Sequence record: NC_135730.1
Source of the DNA: a phage
Direction: 5' to 3' (one strand)
DNA: 64,000 nt
The first letter of the stretch is position 1, and each line of letters begins with the position of its first letter. This document shows positions 10,045 to 19,800 of the stretch, one piece after another. The position numbers and the translations under genes were made by a program. The notes under the pieces were generated by a model. That model ran no database searches, was not told the DNA's origin, and was given only the letters and a program-made list of their open reading frames with translations.

Positions 10045-10304
10045 GCAAGGTTGTTGTGAGGGCCAGTGAGTGGGCAGCCAAGAACAGTTCACTCAACTGG
10101 TTCGACTTTCTTTGGTGCAGGGTGCTCAAGAATTTCAAAGGGGAAAATTTTGAATCGCTAAATCTTGCAGATATGGCGTATTTCCTGAAGCTCTGTGAGT
10201 ATCTTGATATCGAAGAATTCCTAGATACCGTCCAAAACAGGGAAATGGAGCGGGAGCAGAAGGCTGCCGCAGCTGCTGCGAAAGCTAAGCGCAGGAGAGG
10301 ATAA
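9571..10304 (+). CDS. putative -1 frameshift extension of the tail assembly chaperone (gpGT-like fusion)
   Basis: Slippery heptamer T_TTT_TTC at 9939-9945; -1 frame open from 9930 to stop at 10302-10304 with no intervening stop; arrangement analogous to lambda G/GT. Confidence 0.35.
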
Positions 10305-10308
10305 TCTA

Positions 10309-10347
10309 AGGGCCGGATTCCTTTTCTGGGATCTGGCCCTTTTTATT
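10309..10347 (+). terminator. intrinsic terminator before the tape measure gene
   Basis: AGGGCCGGAT ... ATCTGGCCCT hairpin followed by TTTTATT. Confidence 0.45.
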
Positions 10348-10358
10348 ATGAGGAAACC

Positions 10359-12695
10359 ATGGCTACAAACAAAATAGTTGCCACAACAGTCAACAAGATT
10401 GGCTTTGAGATAGAGAACTCCTCCTACAAAAAAGCTGTAGAGAAAATTCGCAGTATTGGGAGGGAGTTCAGGAAACTGGGCGAGGATTTTAACTCAGCCA
10501 ACCCCATGAGTAGATGGCAGGCGGTAGCTGTTAAAACCCAGCAGACAATGCAGAGGGTTGCCAGACAGCAATCTCAGGCAAATGCTAAACTGCACAGAGA
10601 GAGCGTAGCACAGGCCAAGAAAGAGGCTGCAGTAAGGGCTGCAATAGAACGTAGGGAGAATGCGAGACGTAAACAAGCTGTAGGTAATCTTACCGCTAAA
10701 AATCCAGAAATGGCTAGGATGCGTAAGTTCTACCAGCAGCAAGCTAAAGAGGCCAAAAAGGCTGCCAAATCTGCACCAGTGTCTTACGGTGGTTATAAGG
10801 CACCTAAGGCAAGAGTTTTGGCTAATGCCAAATCTTTCAAATATATCCCCGGTAACCCTAATATGGGTGGTGTGGCTTCCGACCCTAACCTTGTGAAAGC
10901 TCAGACAGCCGCTATGAATCGTTATCATAGACAGCTAAGAAGAGACAGTAAAGCTGGTATGGATAATAGGCTTATGTCGGATCGTGAGGCAAGGAGAACC
11001 CACCTCTACAACTCCGCGATAAGACTTTCTGCCAAGTATGGGGCCGGATTCCGTGGAAGCTTGCCAGGATACTCAGAGTTAGAGTCCAGGTTTGCTCGCG
11101 GAGAGATGAAGAAGTCAACCTTTAACGCCCACCTGTCAGCGCTGCAGTCTGGGTTTAAAAGCGCCACCAGCCAAACGCTTACACTAGGCGATGCCATGAG
11201 AGACTTACGTAGATCTGTTATTAATGCAACAGCTGCGTATACAGCTTTTTCTGGATTTGCTGCGGTTAACAGATCTGGTCACATGATGGAGGGGGCAAGT
11301 GCTGCTCTTACTGCTGTTACTGGAGATCCAAACAAAGCCAACAGTGAGGTTGCGTTTGTCCAGCAAGAGGCTATGCGTCTTGGTTTTGATCTCAAATCTG
11401 GTCTTCAAGGTTACGCTCAAATGTCGGTAAACGCCAAAAACCAGATGACAAATCAGGAAGTGCATGAGCTGTTTTCTGCATACTCACAGTATGCTGCTGC
11501 TTATGGTGCCGATGAGGTAAAATACCAGCGCGGTATTATGGCAATCCAACAGATGCTCGGTAAAGGGCAAGTAATGTCTGAAGAACTGAAGCAACAACTT
11601 GCTGAAGCATTGCCTGGTGCATACGAACCTTTTATCAAGGCCACCAAAGAGGCTTTTGGTCTTTCTGAACTCTCCATGGATCAGTTCATGGACATGATGA
11701 AGAAAGGTGAGGTTAAAACAGCCAAGATCATGAAGTATGTGGCTAAGTACATGAACGAGGCATCTGCAGCTGGTTATGAAAGAATGCAGAAGTCTAACGT
11801 GCTGGCAGAAAACAGACTGAAAACCTTCATCGAACTGACTCGTCAGAAACTGTTCACCCGTTGGTCTGACGAACTAACAGAGTTCTATTATACACTAATC
11901 CGCACTGGTGAGACTCTGCAATTTGTGTGGGATGCCTCTGGTGATTTTGTTAGCGGGTTTGTGAGAGGCCTTAACTGGGTAGTTGGTGAACTAAACAACA
12001 CTATAGTCAAGATCCGCATGTTTTTCCTTGAATGGGGGATTAAATGGGGATTCATAACAGCTAAGACGAAGGAATATTCTGAAGAGCTTCATGACACCTT
12101 TAGCTATGCTAAATGGGCAGGGTTTGCTGCTGCCATCATGCTGGTAGTCAACGCCCTAACAAAAGGTTTTGTCATGGCATCCATGCTTGTAAAAACCTTT
12201 AAATTCCTTAACTCTCTAAGGGGTGCAGCTGGAGCAGCGGGTGCCGCTACTACAGAAGGGTCTGGTGGTGGAGCTCCGGCAGGAAAAGGTGGAGGTGGCC
12301 TCAAGACACCTGGTGGCAAAGTTGGTCTGCTCGGTAAGCTGGGCATTATCGGTACAATACTAAGCGCCGGGGAATTATTTAATGACCGTTACAACCCACT
12401 AAGTGAAAGAAATCAGCAGCTGGATACTATCAGCGATATGATTCGCAAAGATATCATATCGGGAGGTAACGGGTTTGTTAATCCTTTGGACACCTTACCT
12501 GGCGGGACTCTTCCGTTGCCAGGTGGCCCTGGTTTTGCTTCTCAATTAAGAACTATGGAAATGCTACCTTTAGAGATCAGTGATGGGAAAATCACGATTT
12601 CAATAGATGAGGGTGAGTTTAACAAAATATTTGATGCAAAACTTGAGTGGGAGAACAATAAAGATATCAACTTCATGTCTACCGACCTTTGGTAA
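10359..12695 (+). CDS. tail tape measure protein
   Basis: 778-aa ORF with helical N-terminal region and Gly-rich segment (GAAGAAGAATTEGSGGGAPAGKGGGG); located after the chaperone pair. Confidence 0.7.
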   Translation: MATNKIVATTVNKIGFEIENSSYKKAVEKIRSIGREFRKLGEDFNSANPMSRWQAVAVKTQQTMQRVARQQSQANAKLHRESVAQAKKEAAVRAAIERRENARRKQAVGNLTAKNPEMARMRKFYQQQAKEAKKAAKSAPVSYGGYKAPKARVLANAKSFKYIPGNPNMGGVASDPNLVKAQTAAMNRYHRQLRRDSKAGMDNRLMSDREARRTHLYNSAIRLSAKYGAGFRGSLPGYSELESRFARGEMKKSTFNAHLSALQSGFKSATSQTLTLGDAMRDLRRSVINATAAYTAFSGFAAVNRSGHMMEGASAALTAVTGDPNKANSEVAFVQQEAMRLGFDLKSGLQGYAQMSVNAKNQMTNQEVHELFSAYSQYAAAYGADEVKYQRGIMAIQQMLGKGQVMSEELKQQLAEALPGAYEPFIKATKEAFGLSELSMDQFMDMMKKGEVKTAKIMKYVAKYMNEASAAGYERMQKSNVLAENRLKTFIELTRQKLFTRWSDELTEFYYTLIRTGETLQFVWDASGDFVSGFVRGLNWVVGELNNTIVKIRMFFLEWGIKWGFITAKTKEYSEELHDTFSYAKWAGFAAAIMLVVNALTKGFVMASMLVKTFKFLNSLRGAAGAAGAATTEGSGGGAPAGKGGGGLKTPGGKVGLLGKLGIIGTILSAGELFNDRYNPLSERNQQLDTISDMIRKDIISGGNGFVNPLDTLPGGTLPLPGGPGFASQLRTMEMLPLEISDGKITISIDEGEFNKIFDAKLEWENNKDINFMSTDLW

Positions 12696-12706
12696 TAAAC
12701 TGTGCA

Positions 12707-12730
12707 GGGGGGCTCCGGCCCCCTTTATTT
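12707..12730 (+). terminator. intrinsic terminator after the tape measure gene
   Basis: GGGGGC-tccg-GCCCCC then TTTATTTT. Confidence 0.6.
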
Positions 12731-12738
12731 TATCGGTG

Positions 12739-12767
12739 TTGTAAAAACGGCTATTTTATGATACAAT
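12739..12767 (+). promoter_or_regulatory. sigma70-like promoter with extended -10
   Basis: TTGTAA -17- TGaTACAAT, immediately after the tape-measure terminator. Confidence 0.45.
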
Positions 12768-12800
12768 ATCTAGATGGTATCGGAGTGTCCTGGAGAGGTT

Positions 12801-13685
12801 ATGCCAAGCAATATAGTTGATGAAAAAGACCTGTACAAGCCTCAAGAGGTTAAATCTCCAAAGGCTGAAAAGGCAGAGCAGCAAACTGAAAGCGATGTAA
12901 AGTACACTATGTTTGTCAGCGGTCTTAACTATGGCGGTCGCAATACGGAGATGAAGGGTAAAAACTTTACTAACGATCTTGCCATTATCTTCGATCAGGT
13001 TGAGAATTACTCTTTCAAACATTCTGTTGATAAGACTGGGTTTGCGGTGGAAGATAAATCTACCCTGTCAGACCACGCTGTAATTAAAGATGGTGTATTT
13101 TCTTTTACTGGTAGGGTAAATACATCCCCACACATAATCTATGAGCAAAACTACATTGATAGGAATACTGACTCTAAAAACCCTGCAGCATCTATGCGAC
13201 CAGGCGCTGCATTGGAGGCTTTGACTGAGATTATCAATAAGCGACAGTTGGTTTCTTTGGTTACCGAGGAGAGACTTCTTGAGAACTACATCATAACCAG
13301 TCTTTCTGCCAACAAGTCTGTTGGTGAAGGAGCTGCAATGGTGTTTGATGTAGAACTTACAGAGTTCCGCACATTCTACTTGAATAAGGTTGTTAATGCA
13401 ACTGTATACAGCAATCCTAAGAAAGTAGGCAAGACCCAACAAAAAGGCGCTGTCAACGACTGTAAGAATGGTAGTAACGTAGGTAACAAGAGGGACACAG
13501 GAGCATTCGCAGACACTGCATCCACAAACGCTGCAGAGGAGTGGCAGCCATACAAATCTATGATGTGGACAGATGAAAACGGTGTTACCCAATCGGCTGC
13601 GGATTGGTATTATCAGGAATATGGAAGACCTTCTACCATAGTCCCATCTGAGCAGGGAAACTACAACAAAGTTAACGGGAAATAA
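12801..13685 (+). CDS. putative baseplate / tail protein
   Basis: First ORF after the tape measure; ATG 12801 with RBS GGAGAGG downstream of promoter 12739-12767 (track start 12774). Confidence 0.3.
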   Translation: MPSNIVDEKDLYKPQEVKSPKAEKAEQQTESDVKYTMFVSGLNYGGRNTEMKGKNFTNDLAIIFDQVENYSFKHSVDKTGFAVEDKSTLSDHAVIKDGVFSFTGRVNTSPHIIYEQNYIDRNTDSKNPAASMRPGAALEALTEIINKRQLVSLVTEERLLENYIITSLSANKSVGEGAAMVFDVELTEFRTFYLNKVVNATVYSNPKKVGKTQQKGAVNDCKNGSNVGNKRDTGAFADTASTNAAEEWQPYKSMMWTDENGVTQSAADWYYQEYGRPSTIVPSEQGNYNKVNGK

Positions 13686-13697
13686 GGGGAGCGTATA

Positions 13698-14078
13698 ATG
13701 GAGCTTAAAGATTGGTGCATAATCACCTTTGTGTGGGACATTGACGGCTTTCCTGACCAAACCATGCGTGTTGTTTTAGACAATGAAACGTATGAAATGC
13801 GTATGCAATGGAATGAGAGGGATGAGTCCTGGTGGTTATCTCTTGGTCCAGTAGGTGATAGCCCTTTAGTAACCAGAAAAGTAACAGCTTGTCAAGATAT
13901 TTTAGACGGACTGCATTACAGAGATGATTTACCGAAAGGAAGACTGATGGCGCTGTCGTTTAAAGACGATCAATATTGGGGTAGAGTTGGAAGATATAAC
14001 CTTGGGGCGAGATCTGAGCTACAACTTGTATACGGCACCCCGGTTGATCTTTACAAGGAACAGCAAGGGTTAGAATAA
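13698..14078 (+). CDS. hypothetical tail protein
   Basis: 126-aa ORF with RBS AAGGGGA, inside the baseplate gene run. Confidence 0.3.
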   Translation: MELKDWCIITFVWDIDGFPDQTMRVVLDNETYEMRMQWNERDESWWLSLGPVGDSPLVTRKVTACQDILDGLHYRDDLPKGRLMALSFKDDQYWGRVGRYNLGARSELQLVYGTPVDLYKEQQGLE

Positions 14079-15082
14079 TGGCAGAGTACAGACGTAGAAC
14101 ATGGCGATTATTGTTTGGTCGTCCGGTAGAGCATGGTGGTAAATCAAAAACCAATATCCCAAAATCTGTTGAAAAGAAAGGGGAGAGTGATTCCGGAGTT
14201 TATGAAGTTAGCTCAGACACTGGTGCTGCCAATATAGAGTTTGACATACAAAAGGACAATACCAAAGAGCCAAACAAAGGTTATGTGACAGTTTACAACC
14301 TGTCTGACGATACAGTTAACTATCTGGATATGCATCAGGCTGATGCCCTTGCAGTTATGTTTGAGGCTGGCTATGATGATGAGAACCAGTTAATATTCTC
14401 CGGAACTGTGGAGTTTGTTGAAGACAGATGGGAAGGTCCGACCAGAAAAACTAAGTTCATCTTCGGGGATGGCACTGAGAACATCATTAAGTGCCAAAGC
14501 ACAAGATCTTATCAGAAAGGCACACCTCTGAACTCTGTGCTTAATGACCTGCTGAAGGATATGAACTTGCCAAAAGGTAGGGTTGTTGGTTTTGGAAACC
14601 AGACTTTGCAATACTCTATGGCTTTCTCTGGAAACACTGCAGAGAACCTCCGCAGGTTTGCAAGGCTGACCAACTCCACATTTAGCGTTCAGGATGGGGC
14701 TTTGTATTGGACCAAGGTTGGAAAAAGGTTCAAAGACTCTGTGTTTGAAATAAGTGCAGAGTCTGGGATGCACGGATCTCCTACCCCTAAAAACCCAGAA
14801 CCTGCTAAAAAACGAAAAGCTAAAGCTGCTGCCAAAGGTGGTTCGACATCTAAAAAGAAAAAGAAAAACCCGAGAGAGGATGTTGGCCTTACTGTAACCA
14901 CATGCCTTAACGGAGCTATCCTCCCAGAGTCCACTATTTATCTTAAAAGCAAGCAATATACAGGATTCTATAAGGTGATCACGGTGCATCATAAGGGCAC
15001 CATAGAAGGAGGTGATTACACTACAGAGCTTGGCCTTGGGGAAACAGTGGGTGGAGTTGTTGACAAAACTGAGGAGGTATAA
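14078..15082 (+). CDS. putative baseplate hub protein
   Basis: 334-aa ORF directly upstream of the gpV-like spike gene; start overlaps the upstream stop. Confidence 0.3.
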   Translation: MAEYRRRTWRLLFGRPVEHGGKSKTNIPKSVEKKGESDSGVYEVSSDTGAANIEFDIQKDNTKEPNKGYVTVYNLSDDTVNYLDMHQADALAVMFEAGYDDENQLIFSGTVEFVEDRWEGPTRKTKFIFGDGTENIIKCQSTRSYQKGTPLNSVLNDLLKDMNLPKGRVVGFGNQTLQYSMAFSGNTAENLRRFARLTNSTFSVQDGALYWTKVGKRFKDSVFEISAESGMHGSPTPKNPEPAKKRKAKAAAKGGSTSKKKKKNPREDVGLTVTTCLNGAILPESTIYLKSKQYTGFYKVITVHHKGTIEGGDYTTELGLGETVGGVVDKTEEV

Positions 15083-15759
15083 TGGCAATAAATAGGAAAG
15101 ATGCTGCTGTAAGATCCTTTATAGAAAAAATAATGAGGGACTACCACACCAGTATCAGGGCCAGAGTTGTCAGTGTTGACTACAGTATACCTTCTGCAGC
15201 CGTGCAGCCAATAGCTGAAACTACGTTTGATGACGGAGATGTGGAGAGATACCCTCTTATCTATGACGTTCCAATTCAGGTGATGTCTGCAAACAGCGGA
15301 AAGGCAAGGTTAACACTTCCTATTAAGGCTGGAGATGTTGTAGGATTACAGTTTTCAGAGAGAAATGAAAACAATAACGACGATCAACAAACTCACGGCC
15401 TGTTTCCAGGGTGGGCAATCACCTCTGTCCATTCAGACTCAAACGCTTTACAGATCGATCCTGATAACGTAGAGTTATGGAATGATAGGGTTTATTTTAA
15501 ACTGACACCTTCTGGCGATTTTGAGCTTCAAACACCTGGTGGGACATTACGGTGCGACAGCAGCGGGGAGTTTTCTTTCACTAACGGGGCTGCCAATTTG
15601 CGAGCTGCTGTGGATGGGAATATCAGAATGAATGGTGCCACAATAGACCCATCTGGTAGAATTATAACTGCTGCTGGTGTGGATTTGGATTCATTCTATG
15701 CAGAATATAAAGGTCATACCCACTCTTGCCCTGATGGCGAGACAAGTGGACCGCACTAA
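15082..15759 (+). CDS. baseplate spike protein (gpV / gp5-like)
   Basis: C-terminal apex motif GHTHSCPDGETSGPH resembles the HxH apex of P2 gpV-type spikes; N-terminal OB-fold-like region. Confidence 0.5.
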   Translation: MAINRKDAAVRSFIEKIMRDYHTSIRARVVSVDYSIPSAAVQPIAETTFDDGDVERYPLIYDVPIQVMSANSGKARLTLPIKAGDVVGLQFSERNENNNDDQQTHGLFPGWAITSVHSDSNALQIDPDNVELWNDRVYFKLTPSGDFELQTPGGTLRCDSSGEFSFTNGAANLRAAVDGNIRMNGATIDPSGRIITAAGVDLDSFYAEYKGHTHSCPDGETSGPH

Positions 15760-15771
15760 TAGAGGGCTTTC

Positions 15772-16488
15772 ATGGCTACGCTTTACAGTGATATATTGAT
15801 GGACCCACAGACAGGTGATTTGGCGATAGACAAAGGTCTTGAGTTGATAGATTCAAACCAGGTAAGTCTGCGCCAGCGCTTGTGGATGAGGTTTAATACG
15901 TGGAAGGGGAGCTGGTACTTTGACGAGTTGTTTGGCTTCCCTTATATGGACTTTCTCAGTAAGAAGGTCATGAAGACTGTTCTTGATAACAAGATTATGG
16001 AAGTGGCAAGACAAGAGCCGGATGTGCTAAACATCATAAACTTCCAGTCTACCATGGATCGAAGATCGAGAACATACCAAGCGTTCTTTGAGGTTGTTAC
16101 CAAAGAGAACGAGATTGTAAGGCTGGCTTTCGTAGGTCTTGATCAGTTCACCTACCCACAGCCTGATTCTGGGACAACCTCTCTCTGTGATGATGAGGGT
16201 TGGATTAAGTGGGCTAATAAACTGTACTATCTGATCAACTTCAGGTTGCCTAGAACCGGAGATGCCACATGGTGGAACCAGTATGCTGGTCCTGAGATGG
16301 AAAACCCGATCCCTGTAGGCTCTCTGTTGACTCAGGATAAAGATCTGCTGATGACTGAGGCAGAACAAACCATTAACCGCAATACCTGGACGCTTGCTCC
16401 AGATGAGCGCGAATACTCTGGTGTTATTGCTACCTCCAATGACGAGGCTATTGCCAACCAGTCTGGTCGTGCTATTGATGTTAACTAA
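15772..16488 (+). CDS. putative baseplate wedge protein (gp25 / gpW-like N-terminus)
   Basis: N-terminal pattern DPQTGDL...GSWYFDELFGFPY resembles gp25-like proteins; follows the spike gene. Confidence 0.35.
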   Translation: MATLYSDILMDPQTGDLAIDKGLELIDSNQVSLRQRLWMRFNTWKGSWYFDELFGFPYMDFLSKKVMKTVLDNKIMEVARQEPDVLNIINFQSTMDRRSRTYQAFFEVVTKENEIVRLAFVGLDQFTYPQPDSGTTSLCDDEGWIKWANKLYYLINFRLPRTGDATWWNQYAGPEMENPIPVGSLLTQDKDLLMTEAEQTINRNTWTLAPDEREYSGVIATSNDEAIANQSGRAIDVN

Positions 16489-16497
16489 GGAGAAATC

Positions 16498-17166
16498 ATG
16501 GCTGTAGCTTATCCTACAATACCAATTCCAGATCTTGAAGATGCAGAAACAGTCCTGAGTGATGACTTCTTGGTTGTCAACCAGACTGATGGGACAAGAA
16601 AGGCTAAGATTGACGATGTTGTCAACGATCTTAGCATTACTAAGATAGTCTATTTCACAGAGGGTGGTTATCTTAAGAGCAAGAAGGACTTTGCTTATGA
16701 TCCAGAAACTAAGCGCTACTACACGTGGAACGGGGATTATCCTAAAATAATCCTCCCAGACTCCACGGTAGAGGGCGCTGGGGGTGTGTCTGCAAATGCC
16801 TGGTCTGTTTTTGGTGAGCTTGCTGCAACTTCTTCTGGCAGAATAGTTGATTACGGATCTATCGGTGGTCAGCTTGATATGGATCTTGAAGTTGCGGATA
16901 CCTTTAAAGTTCGACTAACTTCAAATACCACAATCTCTTTTGAAAATCAAACAGAAGGTCTTGAAGGGGTGGCGAGAACTATAACCGTATGCATTACTCA
17001 GACCTCTGGCGGCAACAAAGTCTATTGGCCTGGTAATGTTAAATGGTCCTACGGAAGAGATCCTATCCTAACATTTACAGCTGGTGCAACAGACATTTTC
17101 AAGTTGGAAACCTACGACAACGGGTTAACTTGGTACGGGGCACTGATTATCGCAGGAGCTATCTAA
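16498..17166 (+). CDS. short tail fibre / tailspike-like protein with shared N-terminal anchor domain
   Basis: N-terminal ~100 aa align with the N-terminus of the 1266-aa fibre (DDFLVV..D.TR.KI.DVV...EGG.L...DFAY...AW). Confidence 0.45.
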   Translation: MAVAYPTIPIPDLEDAETVLSDDFLVVNQTDGTRKAKIDDVVNDLSITKIVYFTEGGYLKSKKDFAYDPETKRYYTWNGDYPKIILPDSTVEGAGGVSANAWSVFGELAATSSGRIVDYGSIGGQLDMDLEVADTFKVRLTSNTTISFENQTEGLEGVARTITVCITQTSGGNKVYWPGNVKWSYGRDPILTFTAGATDIFKLETYDNGLTWYGALIIAGAI

Positions 17167-17167
17167 G

Positions 17168-19765
17168 ATGCGTATTCAACATAACATTGATAACGTATTT
17201 CAGATGATTGAGGGGCACAGGAAGTGCCTCGATAACAACACAGGTATTACCAACACCCCTACACAAAATAAGCTAGTAAACCCTGATGGTCTTATAGCTG
17301 CAGGGTGGGCAGGTAATAAGATAAATAATGATTGGGCAATGCATGAGTCCCAAGCTGTGTTGATTCTGGGATACATTGAAGCATACAGAGCATCGAAAAG
17401 CGATTTCTATCTGGATAGGGCAAAAGATGCTTGGGAAGCTTACAATAGTCATCTTCTGGGTGCATATGCAGTAGAAAGTAAAATGCAAAGATTGTCCCAC
17501 TACCCTCTATCCACAGATGGGGTTCCATCACATGGTGGGTTTAAAGATGTGGTGGTGTCTTTTACCAATGGTAGAGGAAAAATCCCAGCTGGATCTCCGA
17601 CATGGGGGGAATACCTGGACAAGGCATTCCAAGCGTATAACGGCGTGTTAGGAAGAAACACTGTAGACTCTGATGTTTACGGCGGCACAGATGCTAACCC
17701 AGATTGGACAACATCCGGATTAAGTTGGTGGGTTGAGTGGTATATAGCATGGGATGGTAATCGCTATTGGGCTAACGGTAGTATAGCTGATAGTGGTCAT
17801 ACGTCTGTAGAGTTTGGCACAATCCAATTACAAGATAAGGGTGTTACAGGCAACCACAAAGTGACCTATTGTGTAAGATTACCTCAAGAGCAGGGTGGAT
17901 CGGTGATACCTGCAGGATCCCCTGTAATTGTAAATCCCATAAACGTGGTTGCAGATAATCAGGCCCCAGAGTTGGACGGGGAAGAAATGTGGTGTGACGC
18001 TTGTTATCAACTCTACACCTTGACAGGTGAGGAAAAGTATTACACCGCGTTTGAACAGTCTTACAACAAGTTGCTTAATTTCAGTGATATAAACGCCTAC
18101 GACAAACTGTTTAGGAAGACCACGTTGATTAAGGCACCGTTTACAGATGGTACTTGTCTTGTTGCAGGAACAGTTCCTGTCATGAGCAGGGACAGTGACG
18201 GATATATCAATTTTAGAATGAACGCACGCCAGCCTTGCGAAATAATTCAAAAAGGGACTACATACAAAATAGGCAGAGATGCTGAAATTGTTATGAATTT
18301 CGGAGGAGAAGGGGTTCTGTTCCAGCCACATTTCATCATTAATGATGGCAACAATAACAAAAAACAGTACAGGATAGGTGTTCCTTTTGGAGGGGCAGAG
18401 GTAACAGAAATAGTTGCCAAGGTTACCGATTTCGTAGAGGTGGTTGGTAAAGACGGTAATCCATATCTCTTACCTAAAGAGGAAAACATTGTCGTAAGTG
18501 GTGGCGCTAGTGTTAGTATGCAGTATGATACCGACATTTACAACCACTCTGACAACTTCACCCGTTGTAATATAGCAAGAGGTAAAGTAACTTTCAATTT
18601 TGGAAGAGAGATTTCTTTAAACTCAGTAACTTATCGATCAGATGATGAGATGGTAAGGGTCAAATTTCTTGACAAAGACAGGTGGTTATGGTATGCTGAT
18701 CTATATGCCACTAATGGACAATGGATAACAGAAACTCTTACTCTAGGAGATTTCAAACTAGATCCGACACAACCTCATCACACTGAAGAAGAGATTAAAC
18801 CTTTCTTTGCTAATCCTAAGGGGCTCACCTCTGTAGATTTCAGCCTAAGCGACAGGCAGATAGGTAATGGCTTGTTTGATCTATATTGCGTCAACACGCT
18901 GCCGCAATTCTATATTGCAGATAGGGATGCTTATCTAATCTGGTTTAGCGTATGGATGGCAAGCAAGACAGAATCAACCGCTAAGGTTGGCGATTGCTAT
19001 GTCAGAAACTACAAGCAAGGTGCATACAGGCACACACCAGGTGTGTTCCCTGCCGGAAAGGTGATAGATAAGGAAAACTATCTCTTAGAGGAAAGGCCAA
19101 ATTGGCCCTACCCAGGCATGCAATACCCGGCAGTCTACTGCATGGGTGCAGAAAACATAGATCGCCATAGATTGTCAAATACAATAGGCTTTCTGTATGA
19201 CGCTCAAGTCTGGTATAATAATACATTTAAGACAGAGGGTCCAGTTGCCTCACGTTATGTATGGCAAAGAGGTAATGAAGGGTTGACTGGTTGGTGGGAG
19301 ATGGTAGATAACTCCAAGCTCCAGTCAAGATCTTTTGTTGCTGCGTGCCGCACAATCTATGAGCTCAAGAAACATAAAGAACCTGTTGATGAAAGATTAT
19401 TCCTGTTCTGCCAGAAATGGGCATGGTTCCTCAACAGATTCCAGTCATCTCATTCAGGAAATCTGCCTACAGACTTTAACACCTCTGGGGGATATTCTTA
19501 TCAAGACAGAGGGGACAGGATGTGGGTGGTAGGTGAATGGCTTGCAGGTTGCTGCTGGCTAGGTCTGTGCGGGTATTCAGAGACAATACCTCAAATAGAT
19601 ATTGTTGTAGAAGCCTGTATGAAGCTACTGCAAAAGCACCACTTCATCAATGGTGATAATGTTTTAAACGGCTGCTGGGCAGTTTCTGACCCGGTGGGCT
19701 ATCACTCTGGCGAAATCCTTCGCGGTCTGGGCCTCTATGCTCAATACCGTGGATTGTACCTTTAA
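17168..19765 (+). CDS. tail-associated protein with (alpha/alpha)6 glycosidase-like domain
   Basis: 865-aa ORF in the tail operon; segments such as ESQAVLILGYIEAYRASKSDFYLDRAKDAWEAY resemble six-hairpin glycosidase folds. Confidence 0.35.
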   Translation: MRIQHNIDNVFQMIEGHRKCLDNNTGITNTPTQNKLVNPDGLIAAGWAGNKINNDWAMHESQAVLILGYIEAYRASKSDFYLDRAKDAWEAYNSHLLGAYAVESKMQRLSHYPLSTDGVPSHGGFKDVVVSFTNGRGKIPAGSPTWGEYLDKAFQAYNGVLGRNTVDSDVYGGTDANPDWTTSGLSWWVEWYIAWDGNRYWANGSIADSGHTSVEFGTIQLQDKGVTGNHKVTYCVRLPQEQGGSVIPAGSPVIVNPINVVADNQAPELDGEEMWCDACYQLYTLTGEEKYYTAFEQSYNKLLNFSDINAYDKLFRKTTLIKAPFTDGTCLVAGTVPVMSRDSDGYINFRMNARQPCEIIQKGTTYKIGRDAEIVMNFGGEGVLFQPHFIINDGNNNKKQYRIGVPFGGAEVTEIVAKVTDFVEVVGKDGNPYLLPKEENIVVSGGASVSMQYDTDIYNHSDNFTRCNIARGKVTFNFGREISLNSVTYRSDDEMVRVKFLDKDRWLWYADLYATNGQWITETLTLGDFKLDPTQPHHTEEEIKPFFANPKGLTSVDFSLSDRQIGNGLFDLYCVNTLPQFYIADRDAYLIWFSVWMASKTESTAKVGDCYVRNYKQGAYRHTPGVFPAGKVIDKENYLLEERPNWPYPGMQYPAVYCMGAENIDRHRLSNTIGFLYDAQVWYNNTFKTEGPVASRYVWQRGNEGLTGWWEMVDNSKLQSRSFVAACRTIYELKKHKEPVDERLFLFCQKWAWFLNRFQSSHSGNLPTDFNTSGGYSYQDRGDRMWVVGEWLAGCCWLGLCGYSETIPQIDIVVEACMKLLQKHHFINGDNVLNGCWAVSDPVGYHSGEILRGLGLYAQYRGLYL

Positions 19766-19769
19766 CATA

Positions 19770-19789
19770 GGGGGCTGTTTGCCCCCTTT
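19770..19789 (+). terminator. GC hairpin / weak terminator
   Basis: GGGGGC-tgttt-GCCCCC followed by only TTT, then the RBS of the next gene. Confidence 0.3.
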
Positions 19790-19800
19790 CAGGAGAAAGA

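Noticed and set aside
10056-10304. Independent 82-aa gene starting at GTG 10056
   Set aside because: Its frame is open for 126 nt upstream with no RBS, and it fits better as the -1 frameshift extension of the chaperone.
13068-15088. Minus-strand ORFs of 230 and 232 aa inside baseplate genes
   Set aside because: Antisense within the co-directional late operon; low-complexity translations.
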